Under the pieces are notes generated by a model, which had not been told where the DNA came from, searched no databases, and saw nothing but the letters and a program-made list of their open reading frames with translations. A DNA stretch of 32,372 bases from a virus (Duplodnaviria > Heunggongvirae > Uroviricota > Caudoviricetes), in the IMG/VR virus record IMGVR_UViG_2703718827_000001, positions 1-32,372 of that record; one strand, written 5' to 3'. Shown here in pieces: positions 8,847 through 18,456 of this stretch. The translations under genes were made by a program, and so were the position numbers. The stretch's first letter is position 1, and every line of letters begins with the position of its first letter.

Positions 8847-9236
8847 CTATCCGCCAAACAGACAGGCAAATTGCAGGCGCCACACCATGCGCCCTTCGGT
8901 AGTCATTACAGGAGATGGTATGCCGCCCATATTTGAGATTTGCCCAAGGCAGCGATTTGTCATCGGGTTTGCTTTCACATAGTCGATGATGGCCTGAACG
9001 TCATCCTCAGCTTTTGATTTGTCGCCAAGAGACTTACCCGTGATAAGGTCAACAAGGACGTAATAATCAGCCGCCATGTCGCGGTCTATCGCCGTGCCGC
9101 CATTTGGCCGGAAGACAATGAACCGATCAGCAAGCTTCCCGGAATCAGACCACAAAAGAGACTGAACGATGTAGCCTGTAGTAAGTCCGGCATCAACGAT
9201 AACGTTGCGAAAACGCTTATACATCGGAGGGGTCAC
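8847..9236 (-). CDS. Tail terminator / tail completion protein (gpU-position)
   Basis: 129 aa, immediately upstream of the major tail protein gene; position-based. Confidence 0.4.
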   Translation of the reverse strand: MTPPMYKRFRNVIVDAGLTTGYIVQSLLWSDSGKLADRFIVFRPNGGTAIDRDMAADYYVLVDLITGKSLGDKSKAEDDVQAIIDYVKANPMTNRCLGQISNMGGIPSPVMTTEGRMVWRLQFACLFGG

Positions 9237-9601
9237 AGGGATAACTCCTTCTTAATCACCGCATCGATCTGACTGCGCATATCCTCAAAACCTTTAGTCA
9301 GGAACTCTTTTCGCGCAGTGGACCGAAGGAAAGTCTGCGGCACACTTGGATCGTGAACGTACACTGCGTAATTAGCAGAGTATCCCACACGGCCAGTCAC
9401 GCGATTGCCGTTCACGGTTATGTCGCGAAACTGACTATTCAGCAGAGTAGACGTGTCGATCGGCGTATAGAGTGCAGCCTGCGAGCCCCCGATAATCAGC
9501 GCCGACTGCATGGCCCTTATGGTCTTACGGCCCTGGATGTCGCCGACTAGGGCATTTAGGTTTTTGCGCGCCTGGCTAATGCCCTTCACTTTGATCCCCA
9601 T
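9233..9601 (-). CDS. Head-tail joining protein, HK97 gp10-like
   Basis: 122 aa; overlaps neighbours by 4 nt (coupling); sequence character resembles HK97 gp10-family tail components; position between head and tail modules. Confidence 0.5.
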   Translation of the reverse strand: MGIKVKGISQARKNLNALVGDIQGRKTIRAMQSALIIGGSQAALYTPIDTSTLLNSQFRDITVNGNRVTGRVGYSANYAVYVHDPSVPQTFLRSTARKEFLTKGFEDMRSQIDAVIKKELSL

Positions 9602-9603
9602 GG

Positions 9604-9960
9604 CTACACTCCCGTCAGGATGGCAAAATCATCCGCCACGCGCTCGAACGTGTCGGCGTAGCGGATAACCTGCCGCACCTCGTCAGCGCCAGCGGCAACC
9701 GGATCGGCGTCGGTAGATTCACCAATCAGCAGGTAATCACCGGCGTCGGCCAGCGCGTATTCCGTCCAGACGGTATTTTTCACGACAATTTCAGTGCCCA
9801 GGTTGCCGATACGCTTTGACAGGCCTCCCTCATAATCGACCATGATGACTACCGGCGCGTCATAGCCGTTTATGGGGTCGCCGTTTTCATCCCTGCCGCC
9901 TGCACCCTTGCGCCAGATAGTGGCTTTGGCGGTGTAGGACCAGTTTGCTACGCTAGACAT
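9604..9960 (-). CDS. Head-tail adaptor / head closure protein (hypothetical)
   Basis: 118 aa ORF in the head-tail joining block; position-based. Confidence 0.4.
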   Translation of the reverse strand: MSSVANWSYTAKATIWRKGAGGRDENGDPINGYDAPVVIMVDYEGGLSKRIGNLGTEIVVKNTVWTEYALADAGDYLLIGESTDADPVAAGADEVRQVIRYADTFERVADDFAILTGV

Positions 9961-9970
9961 CGCTCACCCC

Positions 9971-10288
9971 TCACAGTTCTGGTAGCGGCACCGTCATGCC
10001 CGCCATGTTATGCGTACAGTCATTCAGATATTGAATCTGCCCATCTGTCACAAATGAATGGCAAGTAAACGGCTTGTCTTTCGTGGCGTCGTCAAACTCC
10101 TCTGGATCATCGCTGGGCGTGAAGCCTGTGACTAAAACGCTGGGGGTAAGCGTGGGCTTATCCATGCTGCCATTCCATCCCCATCGCGGCCCATTGCCAT
10201 TGCCAACCTGCACTACATGGCGACTGCCACACCCAGGACACATGAAAGATAATCGGTTATCGCTCGCCTTCTTCACTCGCTCTGTCAT
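9971..10288 (-). CDS. Small Cys/His-containing (zinc-ribbon-like) protein
   Basis: Likely start at the internal Met (MTERVKK...), overlapping the upstream small ORF stop as ATGA; motifs CPGCGSRH and CHSF...DCTH. Confidence 0.45.
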   Translation of the reverse strand: MTERVKKASDNRLSFMCPGCGSRHVVQVGNGNGPRWGWNGSMDKPTLTPSVLVTGFTPSDDPEEFDDATKDKPFTCHSFVTDGQIQYLNDCTHNMAGMTVPLPEL

Positions 10289-10455
10289 TCCTTCCACCTC
10301 AGCACCTTCGCTCCAGTCGCCCGGATGCGCGGGCAGTTGATGAACCACTCACCGTCCGATTTAACGTAGCCGGTAGTTTCCCGCCCGGTGTCGGTCATCA
10401 CCCAGACGCGGACGAATGAACGCGGCAGCCCATGCTTCACTGATTTGTACGTCAT
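10285..10455 (-). CDS. Small hypothetical protein (56 aa)
   Basis: Hand-translated minus-strand ORF (MTYKSVKHGLPRSF...VLRWKE) filling the gap between two structural genes, with start and stop overlapping its neighbours; below the ORF-track size cutoff. Confidence 0.35.
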   Translation of the reverse strand: MTYKSVKHGLPRSFVRVWVMTDTGRETTGYVKSDGEWFINCPRIRATGAKVLRWKE

Positions 10456-10835
10456 CAGCAGCCTCCGACCACCATGAACAGGCCCACACTGTTGCCGGCG
10501 CTGATAGGCAGCTCACCAGTGCATCCGCTGGTATCGAGGCGGGCCAGCGAGTCGCGCAACCAGGTGATGCTGTCGTCACCGTACTCAAACGAGCGTGACG
10601 CGCCAGACGGCGCACCCTGCGATTTGATGCGGCGCGCACCGGACGACGTAGCCATAAGCGCGGCGGCATACATCAGGATCAGCTTCGCGGTGCACTCGTC
10701 ATAGCCAGCGCCATCGAGGCACGGGATAATCTTATTCACCACGCAGAGAATCGGATCCAGCAGCGCGCCCGGGATGGAGTAACCCAATTCACCGAGAAAC
10801 GCCTGCACGTCTGCCGCTGTGATTGGGTCAGCCAT
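10455..10835 (-). CDS. Head-tail connector-type protein (possibly DUF4054-like)
   Basis: 126 aa ORF immediately downstream of the capsid-associated genes; family call from memory only. Confidence 0.4.
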   Translation of the reverse strand: MADPITAADVQAFLGELGYSIPGALLDPILCVVNKIIPCLDGAGYDECTAKLILMYAAALMATSSGARRIKSQGAPSGASRSFEYGDDSITWLRDSLARLDTSGCTGELPISAGNSVGLFMVVGGC

Positions 10836-10837
10836 GG

Positions 10838-11203
10838 TTATTTCGCCTTCTTGGTTGCTTCTGCCAATGCCGCTTCGGCTTCGTCAGCGCGTTTTGTTTC
10901 TGCTGCCAGTGCGTCGGCGTGAGCCTTGTCTTTTGCTTCACCATCGGCGATTAGCTTTTGGTTCTGCTCCAGCGCGTCCGCGAGTTGCTTTTGCAGGCCA
11001 GAAAGGTCTGCCGCCTGCGCGGACGGAGTTGCCACTTCGAAGGTAAGCTTCTCGCCTTTCTTCTTGTCGGTTTCCTTCGCCTTGCCAGCGCTGATCCAGC
11101 GCTCAGCCGTTGCGTCGTCAACATCCACCACCGAACCAACCTCCAGTTTGCGGAGATTGGCACCGGCGTGCAGGTTACTTGCCACGATTTCTACCAGTGC
11201 CAT
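10838..11203 (-). CDS. Hypothetical structural-module protein with charged Ala/Lys/Glu-rich C-terminus
   Basis: 121 aa ORF directly downstream of the major capsid gene; helical low-complexity C-terminal half. Confidence 0.45.
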   Translation of the reverse strand: MALVEIVASNLHAGANLRKLEVGSVVDVDDATAERWISAGKAKETDKKKGEKLTFEVATPSAQAADLSGLQKQLADALEQNQKLIADGEAKDKAHADALAAETKRADEAEAALAEATKKAK

Positions 11204-11212
11204 GATTTATCC

Positions 11213-12310
11213 TTAGCTTGATGCGTGAATGACGGAGTATTTGTTGTTGATGTCCTGCTTGACCATCAGCCCCATTGCACCCCAGGTGCGCCAGATGTAG
11301 TCGCTGTTGTACTCCGGGCGGGGGGAGGCAACGGTACCGATAGCCTGGCCGACGATCGGAGCGATAACGCCAGCGCCCAGTGGCACGATGACGATTTCGT
11401 TACCTGACAGCTGGCTGTCTTCTTTAATCGCCGCAACACCGGTCAGCTTCAGGATTTCATCCATGATCGTTCCGGACTGGAAGTTGTCGGAGAAATAGCG
11501 CTCCAGGTTGGAGATGATTTCTCCGGATACGTACCAGGTTTGCTCTGCATACTGGTTGTTTACGCGACGCATCTGATCACGCAGTGCGATTGCCCCGGCG
11601 CGGATAGCCTGAGACGTTGCGGTACCAGAGGTGAAGTCGATGTTAAGGCCGGAAGCGCCAAGGTCGATCTGCGCTACACGCTCATCGTCACGCAGCCCTT
11701 TCCAGGTCAGGCCGTCGAATACTGCGAAGTTGCCAGCCTTATCGCGGAAGCCGTTGAAGATGTAGTCAACGTAACGACGCTGAACGTCTTCAACCGAACC
11801 ACGCTGCGCATCAGCCTGCGACTGCAATGCCTGCGGGCTGTTGAAGATTGGATCACGCCATTCGAACTTAAAGCCCGAGTCGTGGATAGGCACCATGGTG
11901 CCATCGAAGGAATAGCTACGAGCATCGAGTGCCGCGCCGACCTGTCCGGACATGGAAGTGTGAGCCCAGCCGCGTCCACCGGTACGAGCGTAGTCGTAAC
12001 GAGACTGTTCGATTCGAACGGAGCGAGAAAGCGGCATTAGATCGTTCAGCAGAGTGAACTCGGTATTCGGCTCGAACTGCTGAAGAACAGTTGTGTCGAA
12101 AGCGCGATACAGGCGACGAATATCGTCAACTGCGTTCACCGCATCGAGATAAGGAGCGTTTTCTGCATCGCCACGGAACTGAGTGCGCGCCAGAAAATCA
12201 GCTGCTGCCTGAGCACTGGCGTTTCGCTCAAGTTCGAGAGCGCGCCATTGCGCCTGGTTTACCGCGAGGTTACCGGTCTTCTCGCCGATAGACTTGGAGA
12301 ATACAAACAT
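11213..12310 (-). CDS. Major capsid protein
   Basis: 365 aa ORF in the canonical position after scaffold and decoration-like genes; size and composition typical of a major capsid protein. Confidence 0.7.
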   Translation of the reverse strand: MFVFSKSIGEKTGNLAVNQAQWRALELERNASAQAAADFLARTQFRGDAENAPYLDAVNAVDDIRRLYRAFDTTVLQQFEPNTEFTLLNDLMPLSRSVRIEQSRYDYARTGGRGWAHTSMSGQVGAALDARSYSFDGTMVPIHDSGFKFEWRDPIFNSPQALQSQADAQRGSVEDVQRRYVDYIFNGFRDKAGNFAVFDGLTWKGLRDDERVAQIDLGASGLNIDFTSGTATSQAIRAGAIALRDQMRRVNNQYAEQTWYVSGEIISNLERYFSDNFQSGTIMDEILKLTGVAAIKEDSQLSGNEIVIVPLGAGVIAPIVGQAIGTVASPRPEYNSDYIWRTWGAMGLMVKQDINNKYSVIHASS

Positions 12311-12320
12311 TCAGTGCTCC

Positions 12321-12755
12321 TTATTTGAACACAACGCGAATCAGATCGCCCGCCACCGCAGTGACTGCTTTATCTTCTTCGACATAAGCGAATACGGCGG
12401 CATCATCTACAACCGCAGTGATCTGACCGTTGGCTACTGCAACCGGCTGGCCTTTGGTGTAAGTGCCCGCTGCTGCTCGCACATTTAGGAACATGCCAGG
12501 CAGCGGATGAATACCAACAACCAATTCATTGGCTGGGATTGCGTCATCAACACTCAGGCAGCGCAGGTAGTCTTTGTTTGCCACATACTTGATGGCGGAT
12601 TCTGCCCCGACCACAGAGGCCGTGAACTTGTCAGCAGTACTGAAGAAGCCAACAGTACCAGGCAGAGTCGATGCAGCCGCCCCGCCTTCGCGGTTAAGCA
12701 GCGGATTAGGGAACACGCCGCCGGCGTGGATAATATGCTTTCCGTCTTTAGCCAT
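12321..12755 (-). CDS. Head decoration / cement-like protein (possibly DUF2190-like)
   Basis: 144 aa Gly/Ala/Val-rich beta-type protein between scaffold and capsid genes. Confidence 0.4.
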   Translation of the reverse strand: MAKDGKHIIHAGGVFPNPLLNREGGAAASTLPGTVGFFSTADKFTASVVGAESAIKYVANKDYLRCLSVDDAIPANELVVGIHPLPGMFLNVRAAAGTYTKGQPVAVANGQITAVVDDAAVFAYVEEDKAVTAVAGDLIRVVFK

Positions 12756-12758
12756 TTT

Positions 12759-14165
12759 TTACTCCGGCATTTCGCTGACTGATTGGGTGTTGGTTGCCTG
12801 ATGGCGGAATGCACCGTTCAGGCCGAAAGATGTCTGGCACTTGGCGTACATAGCGTCGAGCGCCTTACCGTCCAGATCCGCGACTTCGTCGTCGCTCATG
12901 TTCATCGCCAGCTTCACAGCCGCGCGCTTTTCGCCTTTCTCTTTATCGGCGTTAGCGCTCAGGCTGTTGAAAACGACGTCCACGCGATCGGCGAGTTTCT
13001 GCGCCCACGCTGGCATCTCTTCGTTATTGGCGGCCTGCTCTTTTTTCTTGGGCTTGCCGGTTTCCGGGTCGATTTCTTCATCGCCTTTTTTCTTGGCGAT
13101 GGCTTCTTCGGCCTTCATCTGGTTGTATGCGTCCATCAGCTCGGCGTCGGACTTGCCTTCAGTCGGCTTACCAGCGGCTTGCAGCGCATTGATAATCAGT
13201 TCTTTCATCGGATCGTTCTCTCCGTTAGTTTTAATCTCGTACTCAGTTGGTTTGCGCACGACTTCTACAGGTTCGCCGACGAGCGATACTGCCCCGTCAG
13301 AGATGAGGTACTTCTGTTTGAAGAGGGACCGGCCAGAATCGTTCTTCTTCTCTTCTTCGAAAATAAGATAGTCCGGGTAAATGCTGACGACATAGCGCCA
13401 AGAATCAGGAATGTTTGCGCGAATTGCTTCACGCAGCGATGCGGCGATCTCATCGAAGGACATCCCGCCGTCATTAGCGACAAAGAACTTTATTTTGTTC
13501 AGCCATCCGTCTTTACGGTTGTCGCTAACAATTGCGTCCTGAAGGTTACAGACCTCAATTTCAGTCTCATCACCTTCGGCATTAACGAAGATTCCCACGC
13601 CCTCATCCGGCGTACCGGCGCCGGGCTCATCAAGCAGCACCGCCACATGGTCAAACATCATGTTGGTGGCGATCTCGTTGTACTTCTTGCCCTTCGACTC
13701 GCCGTTAGCGGCAATGCCGGAATACAGCAGGCCCGTGGATATGTGGATAGGGTCGGAGTTGGTACCGGCCAGCATCTCATCCAGACGGTTAATCAGGCGC
13801 TTGCCCTTATCCCTCGACTCGGCGTACTGTCGGTCGACGTACATATCGCCGCTTACCTTGCCGTCTTTGTGGCTGACGTTCTGGAGCCAAGCGCCGACGT
13901 GGTAGTTGTTTACCGCCCTGACATCGCGCGCCGAAACATGCTTGCCGTCCACTTTAGGGTGGCCCAGCGGCATCGGGTTACGCTCAAGCGTGTTGTAGGC
14001 CTTTTCGATTTCTGCTGCCGGGTACAACTTCCGGTTCATCACGATATCGTCCACGACAGGCGTGATGCCGCGAACCACGATATGTGGCTTGCCGTCGATG
14101 GTTTCTGTGGTGATGTTTGAAGCGGAGTTGACGACGGTCAGCACGTTAACGCGGTTGCGTTTCAT
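12759..14165 (-). CDS. Prohead scaffolding / protease-like protein
   Basis: 468 aa; C-terminal half is highly charged and helical (KKKGDEEIDPETGKPKKKEQAANNEE...), as in scaffolding proteins; lies between the portal-associated gene and the capsid gene. Confidence 0.5.
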   Translation of the reverse strand: MKRNRVNVLTVVNSASNITTETIDGKPHIVVRGITPVVDDIVMNRKLYPAAEIEKAYNTLERNPMPLGHPKVDGKHVSARDVRAVNNYHVGAWLQNVSHKDGKVSGDMYVDRQYAESRDKGKRLINRLDEMLAGTNSDPIHISTGLLYSGIAANGESKGKKYNEIATNMMFDHVAVLLDEPGAGTPDEGVGIFVNAEGDETEIEVCNLQDAIVSDNRKDGWLNKIKFFVANDGGMSFDEIAASLREAIRANIPDSWRYVVSIYPDYLIFEEEKKNDSGRSLFKQKYLISDGAVSLVGEPVEVVRKPTEYEIKTNGENDPMKELIINALQAAGKPTEGKSDAELMDAYNQMKAEEAIAKKKGDEEIDPETGKPKKKEQAANNEEMPAWAQKLADRVDVVFNSLSANADKEKGEKRAAVKLAMNMSDDEVADLDGKALDAMYAKCQTSFGLNGAFRHQATNTQSVSEMPE

Positions 14166-14217
14166 GCTGGGTCCTCATTGGTGTTATTCTGGTAAAAATC
14201 TTAAAAGGAGTTAACAG

Positions 14218-14571
14218 ATGAAAAAAATTGCAATGGCTATCGGGGTTGGTGCGCTGATAATTTCTTTCGACTCAATGGCTGATTACTACGGTGGTAATGA
14301 TATTGCCAAATGGAGCGACTCCAGACTTAAAGCCAAGGCTGGAACCGCTGATAACATGGACTATGTTAACGTTGCAACTTTACGAGGCCTTGTTATTGGT
14401 GTTCATGATGCTTTCGAAGGGTCTTCAATCTGCTCGCCTCAGGGAGCAACAAATGGGCAAATAGTCGATACGGTTACTTTATACGTATCAAACCATCCGG
14501 AGAAGCGTACCGATAATGCATCTCTGTTGGCTTATGAGGCATTATCCAACGCCTACCCGTGTAAAAAATAG
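14218..14571 (+). CDS. Secreted small protein (moron) on the opposite strand inside the head module
   Basis: 117 aa; N-terminal signal peptide (MKKIAMAIGVGALIISFDSMA); strong AAAGGAG Shine-Dalgarno; two Cys residues; AT-rich; its stop abuts the stop of the convergent minus-strand gene with no gap. Confidence 0.6.
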   Translation: MKKIAMAIGVGALIISFDSMADYYGGNDIAKWSDSRLKAKAGTADNMDYVNVATLRGLVIGVHDAFEGSSICSPQGATNGQIVDTVTLYVSNHPEKRTDNASLLAYEALSNAYPCKK

Positions 14572-15564
14572 TTACTGATCTTTAACTGCATTCCACTGCT
14601 TACGCTCGTTCGCCAGCTTTTCCGCCAGCCCCTTGTTGAAGATGCTGCCGTCATCGTTGAGTAGCACCGGTATCTGGCTGCAATAGCAGTTGTACCGGTT
14701 GCCATTCTCGGCGTAGAAGTCCCGCACTTCTTCGGTGGTGTAGACCTTTCCGTGACGGCTAGCATGCCACAGGCGCGTGGTAGGCTTGAGAGCTGACAGC
14801 CACATCAGGCCGGTATTCAGCCCTAGCCGATCAGCAGCCCAGTCCGTTTCATTCCACTGCGCCTGACGCAGCGCGCCGACTTGCTCCGTTTGCGCGATGA
14901 CCTTGGCCTTAACCATGGACACATCAAGGCGCTTACTGACGATGCTTGCAGTCTCGACCGGGTTGATGCCACGCCCGATGGAATCAGCGATGACATTTGC
15001 CAGATCTGCGCGCGCGGTGTCGCTGATACCTTTCCAGTCGCTATAGGTGCTGATATAGGCGCTGGCTATCTGGTTCTGATACGCCGGACTCGACAGGAGT
15101 TGCTGCAGCGTCGTCTGGCCGGCATAGACTGGCGACTGAACCGACAGGTTGGTGAAGGCGCTGAGCGTGCCGCGGTCATATTCTGCAATGACGTAGTCCA
15201 TCGCCCATAGGTTCTGGCTGCCGCCTTCAAGAAGCTCATCATCAAGAATCGACTGCACCACCTGGAGCAGATCGGCCAATTCAGCAGCTGTCATGTCATA
15301 GACGAACTTACCGGCATTGACTTGATACAGCGAAGATTCTGCGCCCTCGTTGTTGCACATCATCCAGGACTGCTGTGCGTTCGCCTCACGTTGCTGCCCA
15401 GTCAGCCGCAGCTCAAACAGAGCCTTAAGCCTGCGCTTGATGTTCAGATACCGATCTTCGATATCGTTGAACATCCGACTGACCTGCCGCGATGATTGCG
15501 TCGGGTCAGCTTTATTACGCGGTACGATTGGCGTCCCGATTCTGGTTTGCGCTGTCATCATCAT
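14572..15564 (-). CDS. Head morphogenesis / minor capsid protein (SPP1 gp7 / Mu F-like position)
   Basis: 330 aa ORF directly downstream of the portal gene; may start at the internal Met (MFNDIEDRY..., about 15474) since the annotated start overlaps the portal gene by 50 nt. Confidence 0.5.
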   Translation of the reverse strand: MMMTAQTRIGTPIVPRNKADPTQSSRQVSRMFNDIEDRYLNIKRRLKALFELRLTGQQREANAQQSWMMCNNEGAESSLYQVNAGKFVYDMTAAELADLLQVVQSILDDELLEGGSQNLWAMDYVIAEYDRGTLSAFTNLSVQSPVYAGQTTLQQLLSSPAYQNQIASAYISTYSDWKGISDTARADLANVIADSIGRGINPVETASIVSKRLDVSMVKAKVIAQTEQVGALRQAQWNETDWAADRLGLNTGLMWLSALKPTTRLWHASRHGKVYTTEEVRDFYAENGNRYNCYCSQIPVLLNDDGSIFNKGLAEKLANERKQWNAVKDQ

Positions 15565-16972
15565 CTGTCAGCGGATCCTTATCGGTTTGCTTTACATCAG
15601 GGTTAGGTGGCTGCACGACCTTGCGAGGCTCAAGCTCACCAACTGCGCGGATTTCGTTTTCATCCACTGCCGGAGTGCCGTATGCCTGTTGGGTATCTTT
15701 CGCCACGACAGCCATTGCCTGCATGTTGGCAATCTTCTCTTTCTCACTCGGCGCGAGCAGATCAGACCATGCCAGCGTAACCTCTCCGGATGTAGGCGGG
15801 TCAATGACACCTACTGTCCAGAAGCGCTCAAGCACACTCTCAATAACCGTCGACTGGAATCCCCAGCGGCGGCCGTTACAGCGCTTCGCCCAGTCTGTTT
15901 TGTCCTCATCTGAGGCAAGGCGCCCCGTCTGCTGACCAAACAGTATGGTGAACGGGCACTGAATCGAAGATGCAAACTCGTTGGCAGCTACTGTCCAAGT
16001 CGGGGATGGATCGGCAGCTGCAACAGAAAGCACCGACGGCGTGCCGGCCTGCATTACCAGGGCAGAATCAGTGCCACGGTTCATCTTGGCGACTTTGTCG
16101 TTGAGCGCTTCGCCCAGGTCTTTGTAGCCAGCGTCTGTGGCTTGCTTTGACAGGTTCGCAATGTTGGTTTCTTTGTCGAACGCAATCCCGAGCTGGCGAC
16201 TGGCATTCTTCAGGAACCCTTCGGCACTACCACCCGATACCTTTTCAAGGTCGAGAAGTTTGTTGTACCCCGCGCGCAGGAAAGGCACGCCAGAGAGCAT
16301 GTTTTCGTCTTCCGAGCCTTCGCAGAGGATGATGATTCGCTCAGGGTGTACTGTAACGCCGCGTACCGGACCATACGTGCCATCATCGCCTACGGGCTGC
16401 TCGTTGAAGTTGTACGAAACTGGCTGGCCATAAGTTTCGGAAAGCGTGTCAGTATCGAAGTTGCCCGGCTTGATCTGCGATTCCCACGCGGGGATTAGCT
16501 TAACGATGGGTCCGTTACCGATATTCCTCAGAGATTTAACCTTCTCTCGGTCTACCGGCTCGTGCCATTCTCTGCCGTCCCGGAACTGAATGAGCAATGC
16601 CGAGTACCGGCCAACGAGATTACGGCGATCCGCATCCTTAATTTTCGTCCAGTGCTTCTTCAGTAGTTTTGTGATTGTCTTTTCCCAGTCCGTTGTCTCG
16701 GTTGACTCCTTTCCGTCGTCGCCGTCGATGATCGTCGGGTTATCAACCCAGCACGAATCAAGAAGCTTATGAACGGCGGCAAACGCCACCGCGTTGCGCT
16801 CATAGGCCCGGTAGTAGCGGTCGAACTCGAGACTATTTGGATAACCGAACTCATCCCACAACTTTGTGCGTTTGGTATTTCCCGGCTGGCCCGCGTACAG
16901 CATGCGCTGCCGCCCGATAGCATCAGCAAGGGCATTAACGAGGAACTGCTCCCCGGTGCTTAATTCACTCAC
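15515..16972 (-). CDS. Portal protein
   Basis: 485 aa ORF immediately downstream of the terminase large subunit; acidic C-terminal tail; size and position typical of portal proteins. Confidence 0.7.
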   Translation of the reverse strand: MSELSTGEQFLVNALADAIGRQRMLYAGQPGNTKRTKLWDEFGYPNSLEFDRYYRAYERNAVAFAAVHKLLDSCWVDNPTIIDGDDGKESTETTDWEKTITKLLKKHWTKIKDADRRNLVGRYSALLIQFRDGREWHEPVDREKVKSLRNIGNGPIVKLIPAWESQIKPGNFDTDTLSETYGQPVSYNFNEQPVGDDGTYGPVRGVTVHPERIIILCEGSEDENMLSGVPFLRAGYNKLLDLEKVSGGSAEGFLKNASRQLGIAFDKETNIANLSKQATDAGYKDLGEALNDKVAKMNRGTDSALVMQAGTPSVLSVAAADPSPTWTVAANEFASSIQCPFTILFGQQTGRLASDEDKTDWAKRCNGRRWGFQSTVIESVLERFWTVGVIDPPTSGEVTLAWSDLLAPSEKEKIANMQAMAVVAKDTQQAYGTPAVDENEIRAVGELEPRKVVQPPNPDVKQTDKDPLTDDDDSANQNRDANRTA

Positions 16973-16983
16973 TGATGAGCTCC

Positions 16984-18456
16984 TTAGAAGAATACTGCGC
17001 CGACCTGTTTGTGGTTGTTCTTCGCTACGGCAAAGTAGCGGAAACTGTCAGCGCCGTGTGATGTGAAGTCATGAAGCGGCTTATCTTTCCAGCAGCCGCG
17101 CTTGTCGTCCCACTCCTTGCGGTAGCCCTCGAGGTGAGATATGCCCTCGGCACACTTCTCCTCATCGAATACACAGGACGGGAGGATTTCGCGCACCGAC
17201 TCAATGCCGGTGTCTATTCCCACTTTCGGAACCACCTGAAACGTCATGCTGTAAACCTGCCCGTCGATTTCATACCCTTCACGGGCAAGTTCTCTGCGGG
17301 ATTTGGCGTCAGCACCGAATTCACGGTTATCGATGTCGTGCGGACCCCAATGCTCGCCGTACTCGTAGCCGCGGTCTTTCAGCACCTTCATGTAGTGCCT
17401 CAGGCCTTCGCCGGAGTTTTCGTAGTAGTCGATGATGTGGAACTCTTCGCCAACCTCACGAACGAACCAGATCGCCGTTGAGTCACCCACACCGATATCC
17501 CAGAACGTGTGTACCGGGAGGTGCGAGTTATCAGGGATTTGGCCGATCCGCTTGTTGGTATAGAGCCAGCGGAATTGTTTGGCGTAGTACGCGCCCTCGA
17601 CCGACTGCTGGAACGCCTCGGCCGGAATGGTCGGGTATTCGCGCTTCATGTCATCGCCGAGCGTTTTCTCTTTGGCGTAGTACCAGGCTTTCTGGCGCTC
17701 ATTGACGACTACGCCGTGCTTAGCCTCCATCTCGGCGAAGTACTCAAGCAGGCGCGCCGGCAGAGACTCGACCGGGTCGATTGCGTAGTGTGGATTCTTC
17801 CACCAGGAGAAGAAGAAAAACTTCCAGTCCAGCGCGGATAAAGGCTTACCCTGAAGCAGTGCTTTCTCTGCCGTCTGGCAGTAATCGAAGAAGTAACCCG
17901 CCCGGCCCTCTGCCGTGCTCTCGATAGTAGCGAAGCATCCAGTAGATACCGCCTCAAACGCACCAGTGACGATTTCACGGGCTTTGTCAGGATACTTGGC
18001 GCATATCTTCCCGAACTCTGAAACGTGCAGGTAACGCAGCGTACCGCCACGAAACGACGTGCTGACGTATAGCGAGCCGCCCTTCTTAAAGACGAGCTCA
18101 CCAGACGAATCATTGCTCGCCGGGTTGGCCGCCTTTATCTCTGCCGGAAGCTTGTCATAAGCGTACTTCACCTTTTCGCGGAACAGGCGCTTTGCGTCAT
18201 TCAGCGTGTGGGCAATCAGCGCGCACTTTGCCGACTCAAACAGGGCCGCGTCGAGCTGGATGATGCACACCTCTGTGGTGAACCCGAGCTGGCGAGCTTT
18301 CAGGATGATGTTGCGTGTGTGGATCCCTTCGAAGTATTCCCGCTGCTCAGGCGTCATCCTGAACCGCGTAGGCTTTCCCTCTTTGTCGGTGATCCAGTAA
18401 AGATTGTTCAGCCGCCAGTCTTTGTCGGACAGCAGCTTCAGATGCTCAGGTTTCAT
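16984..18456 (-). CDS. terL: Terminase large subunit
   Basis: 490 aa; N-terminal ATPase region with Walker-A-like ARQLGFTT, C-terminal nuclease-type region with acidic motifs (FWDIGVGDSTAIW, HDID); follows the small subunit gene with a 1 nt overlap. Confidence 0.85.
   Translation of the reverse strand: MKPEHLKLLSDKDWRLNNLYWITDKEGKPTRFRMTPEQREYFEGIHTRNIILKARQLGFTTEVCIIQLDAALFESAKCALIAHTLNDAKRLFREKVKYAYDKLPAEIKAANPASNDSSGELVFKKGGSLYVSTSFRGGTLRYLHVSEFGKICAKYPDKAREIVTGAFEAVSTGCFATIESTAEGRAGYFFDYCQTAEKALLQGKPLSALDWKFFFFSWWKNPHYAIDPVESLPARLLEYFAEMEAKHGVVVNERQKAWYYAKEKTLGDDMKREYPTIPAEAFQQSVEGAYYAKQFRWLYTNKRIGQIPDNSHLPVHTFWDIGVGDSTAIWFVREVGEEFHIIDYYENSGEGLRHYMKVLKDRGYEYGEHWGPHDIDNREFGADAKSRRELAREGYEIDGQVYSMTFQVVPKVGIDTGIESVREILPSCVFDEEKCAEGISHLEGYRKEWDDKRGCWKDKPLHDFTSHGADSFRYFAVAKNNHKQVGAVFF

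Noticed and set aside
10361-10669. 102-aa Arg-rich minus-strand ORF
   Set aside because: Overlaps the 126-aa head-tail connector ORF in another frame; composition (RRPVRAASNRRVRRLARHARL) is typical of a spurious frame.
12783-14120. 445-aa plus-strand ORF and other long plus-strand ORFs (for example 12841..13371, 11540..12040, 15350..15935, 17071..17841, 20363..20837, 24074..24661) running antisense through the structural and early genes
   Set aside because: They lie entirely inside recognisable minus-strand genes, have low-complexity Arg/Ala/Leu-rich translations typical of antisense frames in GC-rich DNA, and lack plausible ribosome-binding sites.
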